Positions 1 through 10,001 of a stretch of DNA of 64,000 nucleotides are shown here, in pieces. The stretch's first letter is position 1. Each line of letters begins with the position of its first letter. The notes below the pieces were generated by a model. The model did no database searches. It had not been told where the DNA came from and saw only the letters and a list, made by a program, of their open reading frames with translations. The stretch covers positions 5,247 to 69,246 of the forward strand of contig JASBRX010000032.1 in the NCBI GenBank assembly GCA_030149245.1, read 5' to 3'. The DNA comes from Sphingomonas bacterium (GTDB taxonomy: Bacteria > Pseudomonadota > Alphaproteobacteria > Sphingomonadales > Sphingomonadaceae). A program made the translations under genes and the position numbers.

Positions 1-12
1 GTTCAACAGGGC

Positions 13-37
13 GGCCCCGGCCTGCGCCGGGGCGACG
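13..37 (-). repeat. CGTC-tagged palindromic REP-like unit
   Basis: Minus strand reads CGTCGCCCCGGCGCAGGCCGGGGCC: CGTC tag plus hairpin. A partner may lie outside the window. Confidence 0.7.
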
Positions 38-47
38 AAGATGGCGC

Positions 48-218
48 TCACTTTGGCCCCCCGATACGCTTGTTGTCCTTGACCGCGAGATAGATCGCGA
101 CCCCCACGCCGATGACGAGCAGCGGCACGAACAGCTTCGCGGCGAGCTTCAGCGCCCAGATCGCGACGACGATGCCACCGATGATGGCGAGGACCGTGAA
201 GATCGTGTTCTTGCTCAT
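48..218 (-). CDS. Small membrane protein (56 aa) downstream of nuoE
   Basis: Hand translation MSKNTIFTVLAIIGGIVVAIWALKLAAKLFVPLLVIGVGVAIYLAVKDNKRIGGPK. Two hydrophobic helices, GAGGAG RBS. Too short for the ORF track. Confidence 0.75.
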   Translation of the reverse strand: MSKNTIFTVLAIIGGIVVAIWALKLAAKLFVPLLVIGVGVAIYLAVKDNKRIGGPK

Positions 219-237
219 GCTGCGAACTCCTCAATAG

Positions 238-333
238 CCGTCATCCCCGCGCAGGCGGGGATCCATTCGCGCTGAATGCTGAAAGAGCCGCACCGCCAGC
301 CAGAATGGCTTCCCGCCTTCGCGGGAATGACGG
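238..333. repeat. CGTC-tagged REP-like inverted dimer
   Basis: CCGTCATCCCCGCGCAGGCGGGGATCCA ... TGGCTTCCCGCCTTCGCGGGAATGACGG. Confidence 0.85.
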
Positions 334-357
334 TGGTGGTGGCGGAGAAATGCGGCA

Positions 358-1026
358 TCACCATTCCCCCCGGTAATCGTGGTTCTCGCTCACCATCGCG
401 GTCAGCGTGGTCGGGCCGCCCAGCGGTTCTACGGTATGGCGACCGGGCTCCTGCGTCCCCGCCTTGGGGCTTTCGCCGCGGGCCAGCGCGTCGAGGATCG
501 CGACTGTGCGGTCGTAGTTCAGATCCTCGAAATTATCGTCGTTGATCTGGACCATCGGCGCAGAGGCGCAGTTGCCCATGCACTCGACCTCGGTCAGCGT
601 GAACAGGCCGTCGGGCGTGGTCTTGCCCTTGGCCATGCCGCGGTTCTTGCACGCGGCAAACACCTCGTCCGACCCGCGCAGCCAGCACGGCGTCGTGCCG
701 CACACCTGCACATGATATTTGCCGACCGGGTGCAGGTTGAACATGGTGTAGAAGGTCGCGACCTCCAGCACGCGGATCACCGCCATGTCGAGTTCGCGCG
801 CGACGAACTCGATCACCGGGATCGGCAGCCACCCCTGCGTATCCGTCTCCGCCCCGACCTGACGTTGCGCTAGGTCGAGATAGGGGATGGTGCAGCTCAT
901 CTGCCGCCCCTCGGGATAGCGCGCGCGGATGGTCGCGGCCTTGGCGGCATTCTCCGCCGTCCAGGCGAAATCGCCCCAACGTGCGCGGAGTTCCGGCGTG
1001 TCTTCGATTGCGTTTGCGTCGGCCAT
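358..1026 (-). CDS. nuoE: NADH-quinone oxidoreductase subunit E
   Basis: VCGTTPCWLRG and ECMGNCASAP 2Fe-2S motifs; operon context. Confidence 0.97.
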   Translation of the reverse strand: MADANAIEDTPELRARWGDFAWTAENAAKAATIRARYPEGRQMSCTIPYLDLAQRQVGAETDTQGWLPIPVIEFVARELDMAVIRVLEVATFYTMFNLHPVGKYHVQVCGTTPCWLRGSDEVFAACKNRGMAKGKTTPDGLFTLTEVECMGNCASAPMVQINDDNFEDLNYDRTVAILDALARGESPKAGTQEPGRHTVEPLGGPTTLTAMVSENHDYRGEW

Positions 1027-1367
1027 TAGCGGATGAACTCCACGCGGCTCACCTTGTCGCCGCTGAAGGTGTAGATGGACATGACCTCGAACTGTTCGCC
1101 ATCGGGCGCGCGCGAGACCGTTTCGTGGAGCAGCACCGTCTCACCCAGCGCATAGCTGGCGAGGATGTCGGCGCGGTTGTGCGGGAACTGGGCGAACATC
1201 GCCTTCAGCCCCGCGCGGACGCCTTCCTTGCCCTGACGCAGCACCGCACCGCGATAGCCCGCTTCACAGGCATCGTCGGTCATCAGCGCGACATAGGCGT
1301 CGGCATCCTGCGCGTTGTAGTGCGCGATCATTTCGTGCGCGGTCGCGATGCGGGCGGAGTCAGCCAT
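1026..1367 (-). CDS. SnoaL/NTF2-like fold protein
   Basis: HYNAQDADAYVALM...GKEGVRAGL...MSIYTFSGDKVSRVEF pattern; stop overlaps nuoE start. Confidence 0.8.
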   Translation of the reverse strand: MADSARIATAHEMIAHYNAQDADAYVALMTDDACEAGYRGAVLRQGKEGVRAGLKAMFAQFPHNRADILASYALGETVLLHETVSRAPDGEQFEVMSIYTFSGDKVSRVEFIR

Positions 1368-1563
1368 TTGCAACTCGCCCCCCCGCTGCTCGCTGCAGTA
1401 TCGCGAGGCCGAGCGAGGCCACGGCGCCCACCATGGCGAGCATGAAGCCCCCCGTGTGGAGCGCGCTCCGATGCTCGCCGATACCGAAGAGCCAAGTGCT
1501 CGAAATCAACATGCCAACCAAAAAGGCAGCCCACGCGATCTTGCGAAGGAGGGACCAGATCAC
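1360..1563 (-). CDS. Small two-TM membrane protein (67 aa)
   Basis: GTG start overlaps the nuoD stop (GTGA); [28 protein letters not shown]...[16 protein letters not shown]. Confidence 0.6.
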   Translation of the reverse strand: MIWSLLRKIAWAAFLVGMLISSTWLFGIGEHRSALHTGGFMLAMVGAVASLGLAILQRAAGGRVANG

Positions 1564-2795
1564 CGGTCGCACTCCCCGAACACGATATCCATCGCGCCCA
1601 GAATCGCGGTGATGTCCGCCAGCATGTGCCCGCGCGACATGAAGTCCATCGCCTGCAAATGGCTGAACGCGGTCGGGCGGATCTTGCAGCGGTACGGCTT
1701 GTTCGACCCGTCGCTGACCATGTAGATGCCGAATTCGCCCTTGGGGCTTTCGGTCGCGACATACACTTCGCCCGCGGGGACATGGAAGCCCTCGGTATAC
1801 AGTTTGAAGTGATGGATCAGCGCTTCCATCGACTGCTTCATCTCGGCCCGCTTGGGCGGCACCACCTTGCGGTCGAGCGACGCGATCGGGCCGGACGGCA
1901 TCTCGTTCAGGCACTGTTTCATGATGCGCGCGGACTGATAGACTTCCTCGACGCGCACCATGAACCGGTCATAGCAATCGCCGCGCGTGCCGACCGGAAT
2001 CTCGAAATCCATGCGGTCATAAACGTCATAGGGCTGCGACTTGCGCAGGTCCCACGGGATGCCGGCGGCGCGGATCATCGGGCCGGAAAAGCCCCATTTG
2101 ACCGCGTCGTCGCGGTTGACGATCGCGATGTCGACATTGCGCTGCTTGAAGATGCGGTTTTCCGCGACCAGGCTGATCGCGTCGCCGAACAGCTGCGGCA
2201 GGCGCGTGTCGAGCCAGTCGCCGATATCGGTCAGCAGCTTGAGCGGCACGTCCTGATGCACCCCGCCGGAGCGCAGATAATTGTGGTGCATGCGCGCGCC
2301 GGACATGCGCTCGAAGAAGTTGAGGCAATCCTCGCGCAGTTCGAACATCCACAGGTTCGGCGTCATCGCGCCGACGTCCATGACGTGCGCGCCAAGGTTG
2401 AGCATGTGGTTGCAGATGCGGGTCAGCTCGGCGAAGAACACGCGCAGATATTGCGCGCGCACCGGCACCTCGAGGTCCAGCAGCTTTTCGACCGCGAGCA
2501 CGAAGCTATGCTCCATCGCCAGCGGCGAGCAATAGTCGAGGCGATCCATGTACGGGAGCGCCTGGGTATAGGTCTTGTACTCGATCAGCTTTTCGGTGCC
2601 GCGATGGAGCAGGCCGACATGCGGATCGATCCGTTCGATAATCTCGCCATCCAGTTCGGTGACGAGGCGCAACACGCCGTGCGCCGCCGGGTGCTGCGGG
2701 CCGAAGTTGATCGTGTAGTTAGCGATCGCGGTGTCGCCCACGCTGGGGTCGGCGGCGTCGGTGCGACCGGCGATTTCGTCGAGATACTCGGACAT
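1560..2795 (-). CDS. nuoD: NADH-quinone oxidoreductase subunit D
   Basis: [34 protein letters not shown]. Confidence 0.98.
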   Translation of the reverse strand: MSEYLDEIAGRTDAADPSVGDTAIANYTINFGPQHPAAHGVLRLVTELDGEIIERIDPHVGLLHRGTEKLIEYKTYTQALPYMDRLDYCSPLAMEHSFVLAVEKLLDLEVPVRAQYLRVFFAELTRICNHMLNLGAHVMDVGAMTPNLWMFELREDCLNFFERMSGARMHHNYLRSGGVHQDVPLKLLTDIGDWLDTRLPQLFGDAISLVAENRIFKQRNVDIAIVNRDDAVKWGFSGPMIRAAGIPWDLRKSQPYDVYDRMDFEIPVGTRGDCYDRFMVRVEEVYQSARIMKQCLNEMPSGPIASLDRKVVPPKRAEMKQSMEALIHHFKLYTEGFHVPAGEVYVATESPKGEFGIYMVSDGSNKPYRCKIRPTAFSHLQAMDFMSRGHMLADITAILGAMDIVFGECDR

Positions 2796-3718
2796 TACGC
2801 TTCACCCTCCCCCTTCTTCGCGCGCGGCTTGGCGGGCTTGCGGGGCTTTTTCACCACATCGGGATTGGCGGGCGCAGGGCCGTCGTCTGGCGAGGCCTTG
2901 CCGATGCCGGTATCCTCAGGGCCGTCGCTGGTCTTGGGCTTGCGCACGCGTGCCTTGACCGGCTTCACCGAATCATCGGCTTCCTTGACCTGATCGGCGG
3001 TCGCCGGGGTCGGGGCACCCTTTGCCTCGGGGGCAGCGGCGGGCTTGTCCTCGACCTTCGCGGCAGGCGGCGGCGCCGGGGGTGCGGGTGGCGGCGGCGG
3101 CGCGACGTACTTCTCGTCGCCCGGCAGCACATACTGCGCGCCTTCCCACGGGCTCATGAAATCGAAATTGCGGAAGTCCTGCGCCAGCTGCACCGGCTCA
3201 TAGACCACGCGCTTGTCGGCTTCCGAATAACGCAGCTCCACGAAGCCGGAGAGCGGGAAGTCCTTGCGCTGCGGATGTCCGCGAAAGCCGTAATCGGTCA
3301 GGATGCGGCGCAGGTCGTTGTTGCCCTCGAACAGCACGCCGTACATGTCGTACACTTCGCGCTCGAGCCAGCCGGCCACCGGCCAGATCGACGTCACCGA
3401 CGGCACCGGCTGCACCTCGTCCGTCGTCACGCGCACGCGGATGCGGTGGTTGCGGGTGTAGCTGAGCAGCATGTAGCAGACATCGAACCGCTCGGCCCGC
3501 TCGGGATAATCCACCCCGGCGATTTCCATCAGCGCCTGATACTGCAGGCCCGCGCCGTCGCGCAGCGCGATCATCGCCTCGACCAGCCGCGCGCGATCGA
3601 CGGTCAAATTGACCTCACCGACCAGATCGGTCGCCTCGACCAGCATATCGCCCAGCGCAGCGTGCGCCGCCGCGATCACGCCGTCATTGGCGGCGTATTT
3701 TGGAGCCGGGGCCTTCAC
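2795..3718 (-). CDS. nuoC: NADH-quinone oxidoreductase subunit C with Pro/Ala/Lys-rich C-terminal tail
   Basis: [32 protein letters not shown]. Confidence 0.97.
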   Translation of the reverse strand: MKAPAPKYAANDGVIAAAHAALGDMLVEATDLVGEVNLTVDRARLVEAMIALRDGAGLQYQALMEIAGVDYPERAERFDVCYMLLSYTRNHRIRVRVTTDEVQPVPSVTSIWPVAGWLEREVYDMYGVLFEGNNDLRRILTDYGFRGHPQRKDFPLSGFVELRYSEADKRVVYEPVQLAQDFRNFDFMSPWEGAQYVLPGDEKYVAPPPPPAPPAPPPAAKVEDKPAAAPEAKGAPTPATADQVKEADDSVKPVKARVRKPKTSDGPEDTGIGKASPDDGPAPANPDVVKKPRKPAKPRAKKGEGEA

Positions 3719-4287
3719 CGCGTCACCGTCCCGATCCGACGGATCTTACGCTGAAGCTGCATCACGCCGTACAGCAAAGCCTCGGCGGTCGGAGGGCAGC
3801 CGGGGACGTAGATGTCGACCGGCACGATCCGGTCGCAGCCGCGCACGACGCTGTAGCTGTAATGGTAATAGCCGCCACCATTGGCGCAGCTGCCCATCGA
3901 GATGACGTATTTCGGTTCCGACATCTGATCGTAGACGCGGCGCAGTGCCGGGGCCATCTTGTTGCACAGCGTGCCCGCGACGATCATCACGTCCGACTGG
4001 CGCGGCGATGCGCGCGGGGCGGCGCCAAACCGCTCCATGTCATAGCGCGGCATGTTGACGTGGATCATCTCGACCGCGCAGCAGGCAAGGCCGAACGTCA
4101 TCCACCACAGCGAACCGGTGCGCGCCCATTGGAACAGCTCCTCGGTCGAGGTGACGAGGAAGCCCTTATCGTTGAGCTCACCATTCAGGTCGTTGAAGAA
4201 CGACGGATCGGGCTGCACCACCGCGCCGCCCGCCATGGGCTGGCCTTGCGCGTTCAGGATCGGAGAGGTCGTATTCATCTGGCTCAT
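3715..4287 (-). CDS. nuoB: NADH-quinone oxidoreductase subunit B
   Basis: [32 protein letters not shown]; start taken at the ATGA overlap with nuoA. Confidence 0.97.
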   Translation of the reverse strand: MSQMNTTSPILNAQGQPMAGGAVVQPDPSFFNDLNGELNDKGFLVTSTEELFQWARTGSLWWMTFGLACCAVEMIHVNMPRYDMERFGAAPRASPRQSDVMIVAGTLCNKMAPALRRVYDQMSEPKYVISMGSCANGGGYYHYSYSVVRGCDRIVPVDIYVPGCPPTAEALLYGVMQLQRKIRRIGTVTR

Positions 4288-4658
4288 TCCCAATCCAGCG
4301 CGCCGACCTTCCACGCATAGGCGAGGCCCAGCGCGAGTTCGGCGATGAAGATCATCATGCTGATCCACGCGGCCCAGCCCAGGTCGAACACCGTAACCGC
4401 CCAGGGGAACAGGAACGCCGCTTCCAGATCGAAGATGATGAAGAGGATCGCGACGAGGTAGAAGCGCACGTCGAACTGGCTGCGCGAATCCTCGAACGCA
4501 GGGAAGCCGCATTCATATTCGGTGAGCTTTTCCGGCGTCGGCTGATGCGCGCCGGTGAAGCGGGCCGCGATCATGGGCAGGAAGACAAAGGCGCTCGACA
4601 GCACCAGCGCCACCCCCAGGAACAGCAGGATCGGCAGATATTCGATTAGGTCGACCAA
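4284..4658 (-). CDS. nuoA: NADH-quinone oxidoreductase subunit A
   Basis: [26 protein letters not shown]. Confidence 0.97.
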   Translation of the reverse strand: MVDLIEYLPILLFLGVALVLSSAFVFLPMIAARFTGAHQPTPEKLTEYECGFPAFEDSRSQFDVRFYLVAILFIIFDLEAAFLFPWAVTVFDLGWAAWISMMIFIAELALGLAYAWKVGALDWE

Positions 4659-4692
4659 GACGGCCCCTCGCGGTTGCGGAATCTTCGGGTCG

Positions 4693-4721
4693 CTTTAGGC
4701 CGATGGCAGGGGGGCATCAAG
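4693..4721 (-). promoter_or_regulatory. Putative sigma70 promoter of the nuo operon
   Basis: Minus strand CTTGATG...CCTAAAG, alphaproteobacterial -35/-10 type. Confidence 0.5.
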
Positions 4722-4775
4722 GGCGGAAACCGGTGAGAATCACTCGCAATATGCACTGCCCCGCGCGCACCACCC

Positions 4776-5936
4776 TCAGCCGCGAACGGGCGTCAAATCC
4801 GCAGCGGCAGGGATGCGCGGCTCGCGCGTTCCCGTCGGGATCACATCGTGAAACATGTGCGAGGGGATCAGCGTCAGCCAGCCTGCGCGCGGCTTCAGCC
4901 AGACCCGATCCCAGCATGGCTCGAAACCGGGCAAAATCTGGTCGCATCCGCCCAGTTCGAGCGCCCCGGCACGGCCCGCGCCCGCTCGGACACTGTCGGG
5001 GACGGCAACGTTGTAGATCGCGGTCAGATACCCGGCCTGATGGACGTGCTGGCGATTGGACGCGTCGGCGAGGAGGACGGTGGAAATGCTGTCGAGCGTC
5101 GCCGCCGTCGGTGGCCGCTCGCCCTCCAGACCGAACCGCGCGGGATCTTCGGCGGCGCGCTCCAGCTCGGCGCGGAAAAAGGCGAGCAATGCGCTCCAGG
5201 CAGGCTTTCCCGCCGCGCGTGGCGTGGTGTTGAGGTGAAACTCGGCGCTATGAGGGCTGGCGGGGGGATCGGCGACGATCTCCGCCGCCAGCATCCGGTT
5301 GAACGATTCGATCCCACCGAACTCCGCTGGCGGCTCAAACGGGATGCGCAGCGGCTGCGCATGCGGGTTGATCACCGCCAGAGCAGCGTCACGTTGATCC
5401 GCAGCGCTCAGTGCGGCGGCGCGCCACGCGCGGCCAATTGCGGTGTCGCGATAGGCGGGCGGCAGATCCTGCCAATCGGCCAGCCAGCGATTGGCAGGAC
5501 GCTCGACGCGCAATGCGAACAGCCGCTCCATCGCGCCCAGATCGAACCCGGGCAGGTCGAGCGCCCGGCGATAGGCGGCGATCGCGGCTTCGGGTTGATT
5601 CTGGATGGTGAGCAGATTGCCCCAGATCCGGGCAAGATTGGCGCGGGGAGATCGATCAAGGCCGGTGCGGCACGCGGTGATGGCCGCCGCCACATCGCCC
5701 AGCCGCGCGCGCACCTTGGCCAGCTCGGCCCAGGGCTCGAACCCGTCCGGGTCAGCCGCAAGGCTGGCTTCGAGCGCAGCGCGCGCCTTGCGGGGCCGGC
5801 GCAATCGCTCCTGCAGCATGCCGATCCGGGCGAGGAGCTGCGGCGATCCGGGTTGCCGCGCGAGGGCAGCCTCAGCCAATTCGAGCTGAAGTGCATGCGG
5901 AACACGGCGTTCCCGACGATCTCGCCACTCGATCAC
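4776..5936 (-). CDS. TPR-repeat protein fused to a putative 2OG-Fe(II) oxygenase domain
   Basis: N-terminal TPR-like helices (AAIAAYRRALDL); C-terminal HVH...YLTAIYNV and LIPSHMFHDVIP. Confidence 0.75.
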   Translation of the reverse strand: MIEWRDRRERRVPHALQLELAEAALARQPGSPQLLARIGMLQERLRRPRKARAALEASLAADPDGFEPWAELAKVRARLGDVAAAITACRTGLDRSPRANLARIWGNLLTIQNQPEAAIAAYRRALDLPGFDLGAMERLFALRVERPANRWLADWQDLPPAYRDTAIGRAWRAAALSAADQRDAALAVINPHAQPLRIPFEPPAEFGGIESFNRMLAAEIVADPPASPHSAEFHLNTTPRAAGKPAWSALLAFFRAELERAAEDPARFGLEGERPPTAATLDSISTVLLADASNRQHVHQAGYLTAIYNVAVPDSVRAGAGRAGALELGGCDQILPGFEPCWDRVWLKPRAGWLTLIPSHMFHDVIPTGTREPRIPAAADLTPVRG

Positions 5937-6038
5937 ATGCCGCCCTCATTGTTCGTGCAATGGCTTATGCGCGGATGCGGAAGCTCACAAACGCGTACAG
6001 CGCGTGGTCGACCATGCACGAAGGCATCAGCGCGTGGG

Positions 6039-6926
6039 TCAGGGAAGCGGAAATGCCACCAGCGTGTCAGCGCCGCGCGGCGGCTGGTCCGGTTTGCTCG
6101 CGCCCGGCCAGCCGGCATCGGCGACGATGAGCAATCGGTTGCCGTCGCGGGCGAGCTGAGTCGGGTCGGCCAGCGGCGCACCGCGCTGCACCACCGCGAC
6201 ATCGATCTGCGCCCCGTTGATGCGCAACCGGACCAGCGATCCCGGGCTGCTGCCATTGTGAATCGCGTAATACTCCTCGCCGACGCGGACCAGGCCGTCG
6301 AGCCCGCGCAAAGGCTTGTCGCCCGCCATGGGCAACAGCGTGCGCGCCTTGGTCTTGAGGTCGACGGTGGCAATCCCCCGGCCATAATCGGCGACCACCA
6401 GGTGCCGGCCGTCAGCGGTCAACGCCGTCCCCTGCGCCGAACGGGCCACGCCGGGGGCGATCAGCGGGTCAAGCTGGCGGCCGCGCAGCCGATACACCGC
6501 GCCGTTCAGGCCATCCGACACGAATACCTCGCCATTCGCGGTCGAAACATCGCCGGGATGGAAGCCAGGTCCGGGCGAGACTTTCGCCGTGAGCCGTCCC
6601 TTGCGGTCCACCGCGACCAGCGCGCCGGACTCGCATTTCGCGACGTCGGGAAGATCGGGGCAATCGGTCGCGATCCACAGCCAGTTGCGCCGCGCGTCCC
6701 AGGCCAGCCCCATCGGGTGCAGCGTACCCGCCGGCATCGCCATGCTGGCATTGGCATCCGCGCGGCGGATCAGGATGGTACGATCGAGCACGCTCGACAG
6801 CCAGATGGTCTGGCCGTCAGTCGCGACCCCCTCGACCAACCGATGCTGGGGCGGCGCGGAATAGATCGTCGTGGGGGCGTCGGTCGCTGCGCTCAACGCC
6901 AACAGCAATGCCCCCGCCCGGATCAC
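6039..6926 (-). CDS. Secreted beta-propeller protein (SMP-30/gluconolactonase/NHL-like)
   Basis: Signal peptide; blade-like repeats (VFVSDGLNGAVYRL, LVVADYGRGI, GLDGL); GTGA overlap with suhB. Confidence 0.7.
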   Translation of the reverse strand: MIRAGALLLALSAATDAPTTIYSAPPQHRLVEGVATDGQTIWLSSVLDRTILIRRADANASMAMPAGTLHPMGLAWDARRNWLWIATDCPDLPDVAKCESGALVAVDRKGRLTAKVSPGPGFHPGDVSTANGEVFVSDGLNGAVYRLRGRQLDPLIAPGVARSAQGTALTADGRHLVVADYGRGIATVDLKTKARTLLPMAGDKPLRGLDGLVRVGEEYYAIHNGSSPGSLVRLRINGAQIDVAVVQRGAPLADPTQLARDGNRLLIVADAGWPGASKPDQPPRGADTLVAFPLP

Positions 6927-7738
6927 CGCAGTGACGAGGCGAGCAGCTTGTGCAACTTGGAGTGGATCGCGTCGTTGGCGGCCAGGATTTCGCCCTTGGC
7001 ATGGGCATTGTCGGTGCCGCGGAAATCGGTGACGAACCCGCCCGCTTCCTTGACCAGCAGGATGCCCGCCGCCGTATCCCACGGTTTGAGGCCGCTTTCC
7101 CAAAAGCCGTCATAGCGGCCCGCCGCTACCCAGGCGAGGTCGAGCGCGGCCGAGCCGAAGCGGCGGATGCCGGCGACTTCGGGCGCGACTGCGCCGAAAA
7201 TGCGGCTCCACTCGGCGAAATTGCCATGCCCCATGAACGGGATGCCGGTGGCGATCAGCGTGTCGGCAAGGTCGCGGCGCGACGAGACGCGCAACCGCTG
7301 ATCCTGAACCCATGCGCCCCGGCCCTTTTCGGCCCAGAAGCTTTCATCCGTGATCGGCTGATAGACATAGCCGTGCGTGATCTCGGGCTTGCCCTGGCTG
7401 CCAAAGGGATCCTCGACCGCGATCGACATGCAGAAATGCGGGATGCCGTGGAGGAAGTTCGTGGTGCCATCGAGCGGATCGATGATCCAGCGGGGCTTGT
7501 CGGGATCGCCCGCAATCTGCCCGCGCTCCTCGACCAGGAAGCCCCAATCGGGTCGCGCCTTGCGCAGTTCCTCGATCAGCGTGTCTTCGGCGCGCTTGTC
7601 GGCAATCGACACGAAATCCGCCGGCCCCTTGCGGCTGACCTGCAGCTGCTGGACTTCGTTGAAGTCGCGCCGCAACCGCGGCCCCGCCTTGCGCGCGGCA
7701 CGCTCGATGACGGTGATGAGGCCGGAATGGGAAACCAT
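6923..7738 (-). CDS. suhB: Inositol monophosphatase family protein
   Basis: WIIDPLDGTTNF, RRFGSAALDLAWVAAGR, WDTAAG. Confidence 0.93.
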   Translation of the reverse strand: MVSHSGLITVIERAARKAGPRLRRDFNEVQQLQVSRKGPADFVSIADKRAEDTLIEELRKARPDWGFLVEERGQIAGDPDKPRWIIDPLDGTTNFLHGIPHFCMSIAVEDPFGSQGKPEITHGYVYQPITDESFWAEKGRGAWVQDQRLRVSSRRDLADTLIATGIPFMGHGNFAEWSRIFGAVAPEVAGIRRFGSAALDLAWVAAGRYDGFWESGLKPWDTAAGILLVKEAGGFVTDFRGTDNAHAKGEILAANDAIHSKLHKLLASSLR

Positions 7739-7751
7739 AAAGCACCTATAG

Positions 7752-7853
7752 CCCTCTCCCCTTCAGGGGAGAGGGTTGGGAGAGGGGAATGAAGGGAGAC
7801 GGCCCCGAAATACAGGCCCCTCTCCCCAACCCTCTCCCCTGAAGGGGAGAGGG
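7752..7853. repeat. CCCTCTCCC/GGGAGAGGG intergenic inverted-repeat element (CIR/RIME-like)
   Basis: Terminal hairpins CCCTCTCCCC-TTCA-GGGGAGAGGG and their inverse. Confidence 0.85.
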
Positions 7854-7859
7854 AGTTCG

Positions 7860-8423
7860 TTAGTCCGCCCGGCGGACGTAGGTCTGTTCGTACACATCGA
7901 CGACGATGCGCGTGCCGCTGGCGATGTGCGGCGGGACCATGATGCGCACGCCATTGTCGAGGATCGCGGGCTTGTAGGACGACGATGCCGTCTGGCCCTT
8001 CACCACCGCGTCGGCCTCGACGATCGTTGCTTCGATCGTGTCGGGCAGCTGGACGCTGATCGCTTCGTCCTCATACAGCTCCATGACGACGTCCATGCCG
8101 TCCTGCAGGAACGCCGCCGCATCGCCGAGCAGGTCGCGCGGGAGCGTCGTCTGGTCATAGGTTTCCTTGTCCATGAACACGAGCGAGTCGCCTTCAGGAT
8201 ACAGGAACTGGAAATCCTTGGTGTCGAGGCGGATGCGCTCGACCGTCTCGGCCGAACGGAAACGGACGTTGTTCTTCCGGCCGTCGCGGAGATTCTTCAT
8301 CTCCACCTGCATATAGGCGCCGCCCTTGCCCGGCTGGGTGTGCTGGATCTTCACCGCGCGCCAGATGCCGTTTTCATATTCGATGATATTGCCGGGACGG
8401 ATGTCCACGCCGCTGATCTTCAT
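7860..8423 (-). CDS. efp: Elongation factor P
   Basis: [27 protein letters not shown]. Confidence 0.98.
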   Translation of the reverse strand: MKISGVDIRPGNIIEYENGIWRAVKIQHTQPGKGGAYMQVEMKNLRDGRKNNVRFRSAETVERIRLDTKDFQFLYPEGDSLVFMDKETYDQTTLPRDLLGDAAAFLQDGMDVVMELYEDEAISVQLPDTIEATIVEADAVVKGQTASSSYKPAILDNGVRIMVPPHIASGTRIVVDVYEQTYVRRAD

Positions 8424-8558
8424 GGGGATCGCCTACAGTGCTGAGAAAGACAAAGCCGTCGGGGTGTTCCCCAAAGGCCAAACAACGCCGCGGCCCTTAG
8501 CGAGCTGTGCGCGATCCGGCAAGCGGTGGTGTGACTGTGGGCCGCCGACTGGTAGGCG

Positions 8559-10001
8559 CTAAGGCGTCCCACCGAGTGCCTGCCACAGCGCGACCCGTGC
8601 GCGGGCGGCCCGCCCCTCCGCTGCCACCGCGCGCTCGCGACTGGCGAGTGCCTGCCGGCGCGCCTCGATCAGCGCAGTCATGTCGGCAAGCCCGGCGCGC
8701 TGGCGCTGGGCGATCAGCCGGACGGCGCGGTCGAGCGCGATCAGTTCGCGCCGCGCCGACACTTCCTCGCGGTCCGCCGCCGCGATCACGCCATAGGCCG
8801 CTTCGGCCTCGCCCAGTGCCGTGTAGACCGCCCCGCGATAGGCCTGAAACGCCGCGCGTTTGCCTGCCGCCGCCGCGTCGATATCCGCCGCGATCCGCCC
8901 GAAATCGAGCAACGGCGCAGCAAGCGAGGCGCCCAGCGAGCCGACGACCGAGTCACCGTCGAACAGATTGCCCAGGCCGAATGCGAGCAGACCGAGCGAC
9001 GCATCGAGCCGCAGCGCCGGAAAGCGCCGCCGCGCCGCCGCCGCCAGTTCGGCATCCTGCGCCTCCAGCGTCGCCGCCGCCGCAAGAATGTCGGGCCGGT
9101 TCTGCAACAAGGTCGCGGGCAACGCGGGCGGTGCGGGATAGGTGATCGCTGCCGCTGGCGGCGGCAGGTCGGCCGCATCGACCAGCACCGGCTGCGGCGG
9201 CATGCGCAGCGCCGCGCGCACACGCTCCGCATCCTGCGCCGTCAGCGTCGTCAGCCGCCCGATCAGCCGCGCCTCTTCGCTGGCCAGCGCCGCCAGCCGC
9301 GTCCGTGCGGTTTCCGCAAGTGCGCGTGCCTGAACCGGATCGAGGCCGGAAACGAGGCCCGCGCGCGCCCGGCTGCCAGCCAGCGCGCCCAACCGCTCGG
9401 CCGCCGCGAGATCCTCGGTCAATGCGTCGCGGCGCGCCGACAGCGTGCGCCAGTCGATCACGGACGCGGCGATTTCACCGACCAGCGCGATCCGCACCGC
9501 CTGCGCCGATGCGGTGGCGGCGTCGAGCCGCGCCTGCGCCGCGCGCCGCTGCGCCCGCACGCGCCCGAACAGGTCGACGTCCCATTGCGCAGTCAGATTG
9601 GCGGCGTAGCTCGCGCGTTCCGCCGCGATCTCGACACCGGGGGGCAGGCTCGCCCCGAACTGGTCGGGGTTGCTGCGCGTGCCGGTCACCGCGCCATTGG
9701 CACTGATGCTCGGCAGCGCCTCCGCCCGCGCCCGCCCCAGCCGCGCCCGCGCCTCATCGATCCGCGCAAGTGCCTCGCCGAGCGTCGGCGCGCTTGCGAG
9801 TGCCTCGCGCGACAGCCGCAGGAACCCCGGATCGCTGTTCGGCAACAGGTCCGCGACGGCTCCGCCCGTCTCGGGCGGGATCAGCGCGAAGCGCGCGGGC
9901 AGTTCGGGCGCTGGCGTCGCGATTTCGGGCGTAGGCCCCGCCACGCAGCCCGCAAGCACAGCACTGAGCGCCAGCGCGGCAAGGCGTTGCCCCCGGCTCA
10001 T
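8559..10001 (-). CDS. Outer-membrane efflux lipoprotein (NodT/TolC family)
   Basis: Lipobox LAGC; WDVDLFGR; RPDILAA; LWQALGG C-terminus. Confidence 0.9.
   Translation of the reverse strand: MSRGQRLAALALSAVLAGCVAGPTPEIATPAPELPARFALIPPETGGAVADLLPNSDPGFLRLSREALASAPTLGEALARIDEARARLGRARAEALPSISANGAVTGTRSNPDQFGASLPPGVEIAAERASYAANLTAQWDVDLFGRVRAQRRAAQARLDAATASAQAVRIALVGEIAASVIDWRTLSARRDALTEDLAAAERLGALAGSRARAGLVSGLDPVQARALAETARTRLAALASEEARLIGRLTTLTAQDAERVRAALRMPPQPVLVDAADLPPPAAAITYPAPPALPATLLQNRPDILAAAATLEAQDAELAAAARRRFPALRLDASLGLLAFGLGNLFDGDSVVGSLGASLAAPLLDFGRIAADIDAAAAGKRAAFQAYRGAVYTALGEAEAAYGVIAAADREEVSARRELIALDRAVRLIAQRQRAGLADMTALIEARRQALASRERAVAAEGRAARARVALWQALGGTP

Noticed and set aside
5933-6038. 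Possible precursor peptide upstream of the TPR-oxygenase; short GACC(C)ACGCGCTG direct repeat
   Set aside because: Only very short ORFs without an RBS, or an ORF overlapping the beta-propeller gene; no support
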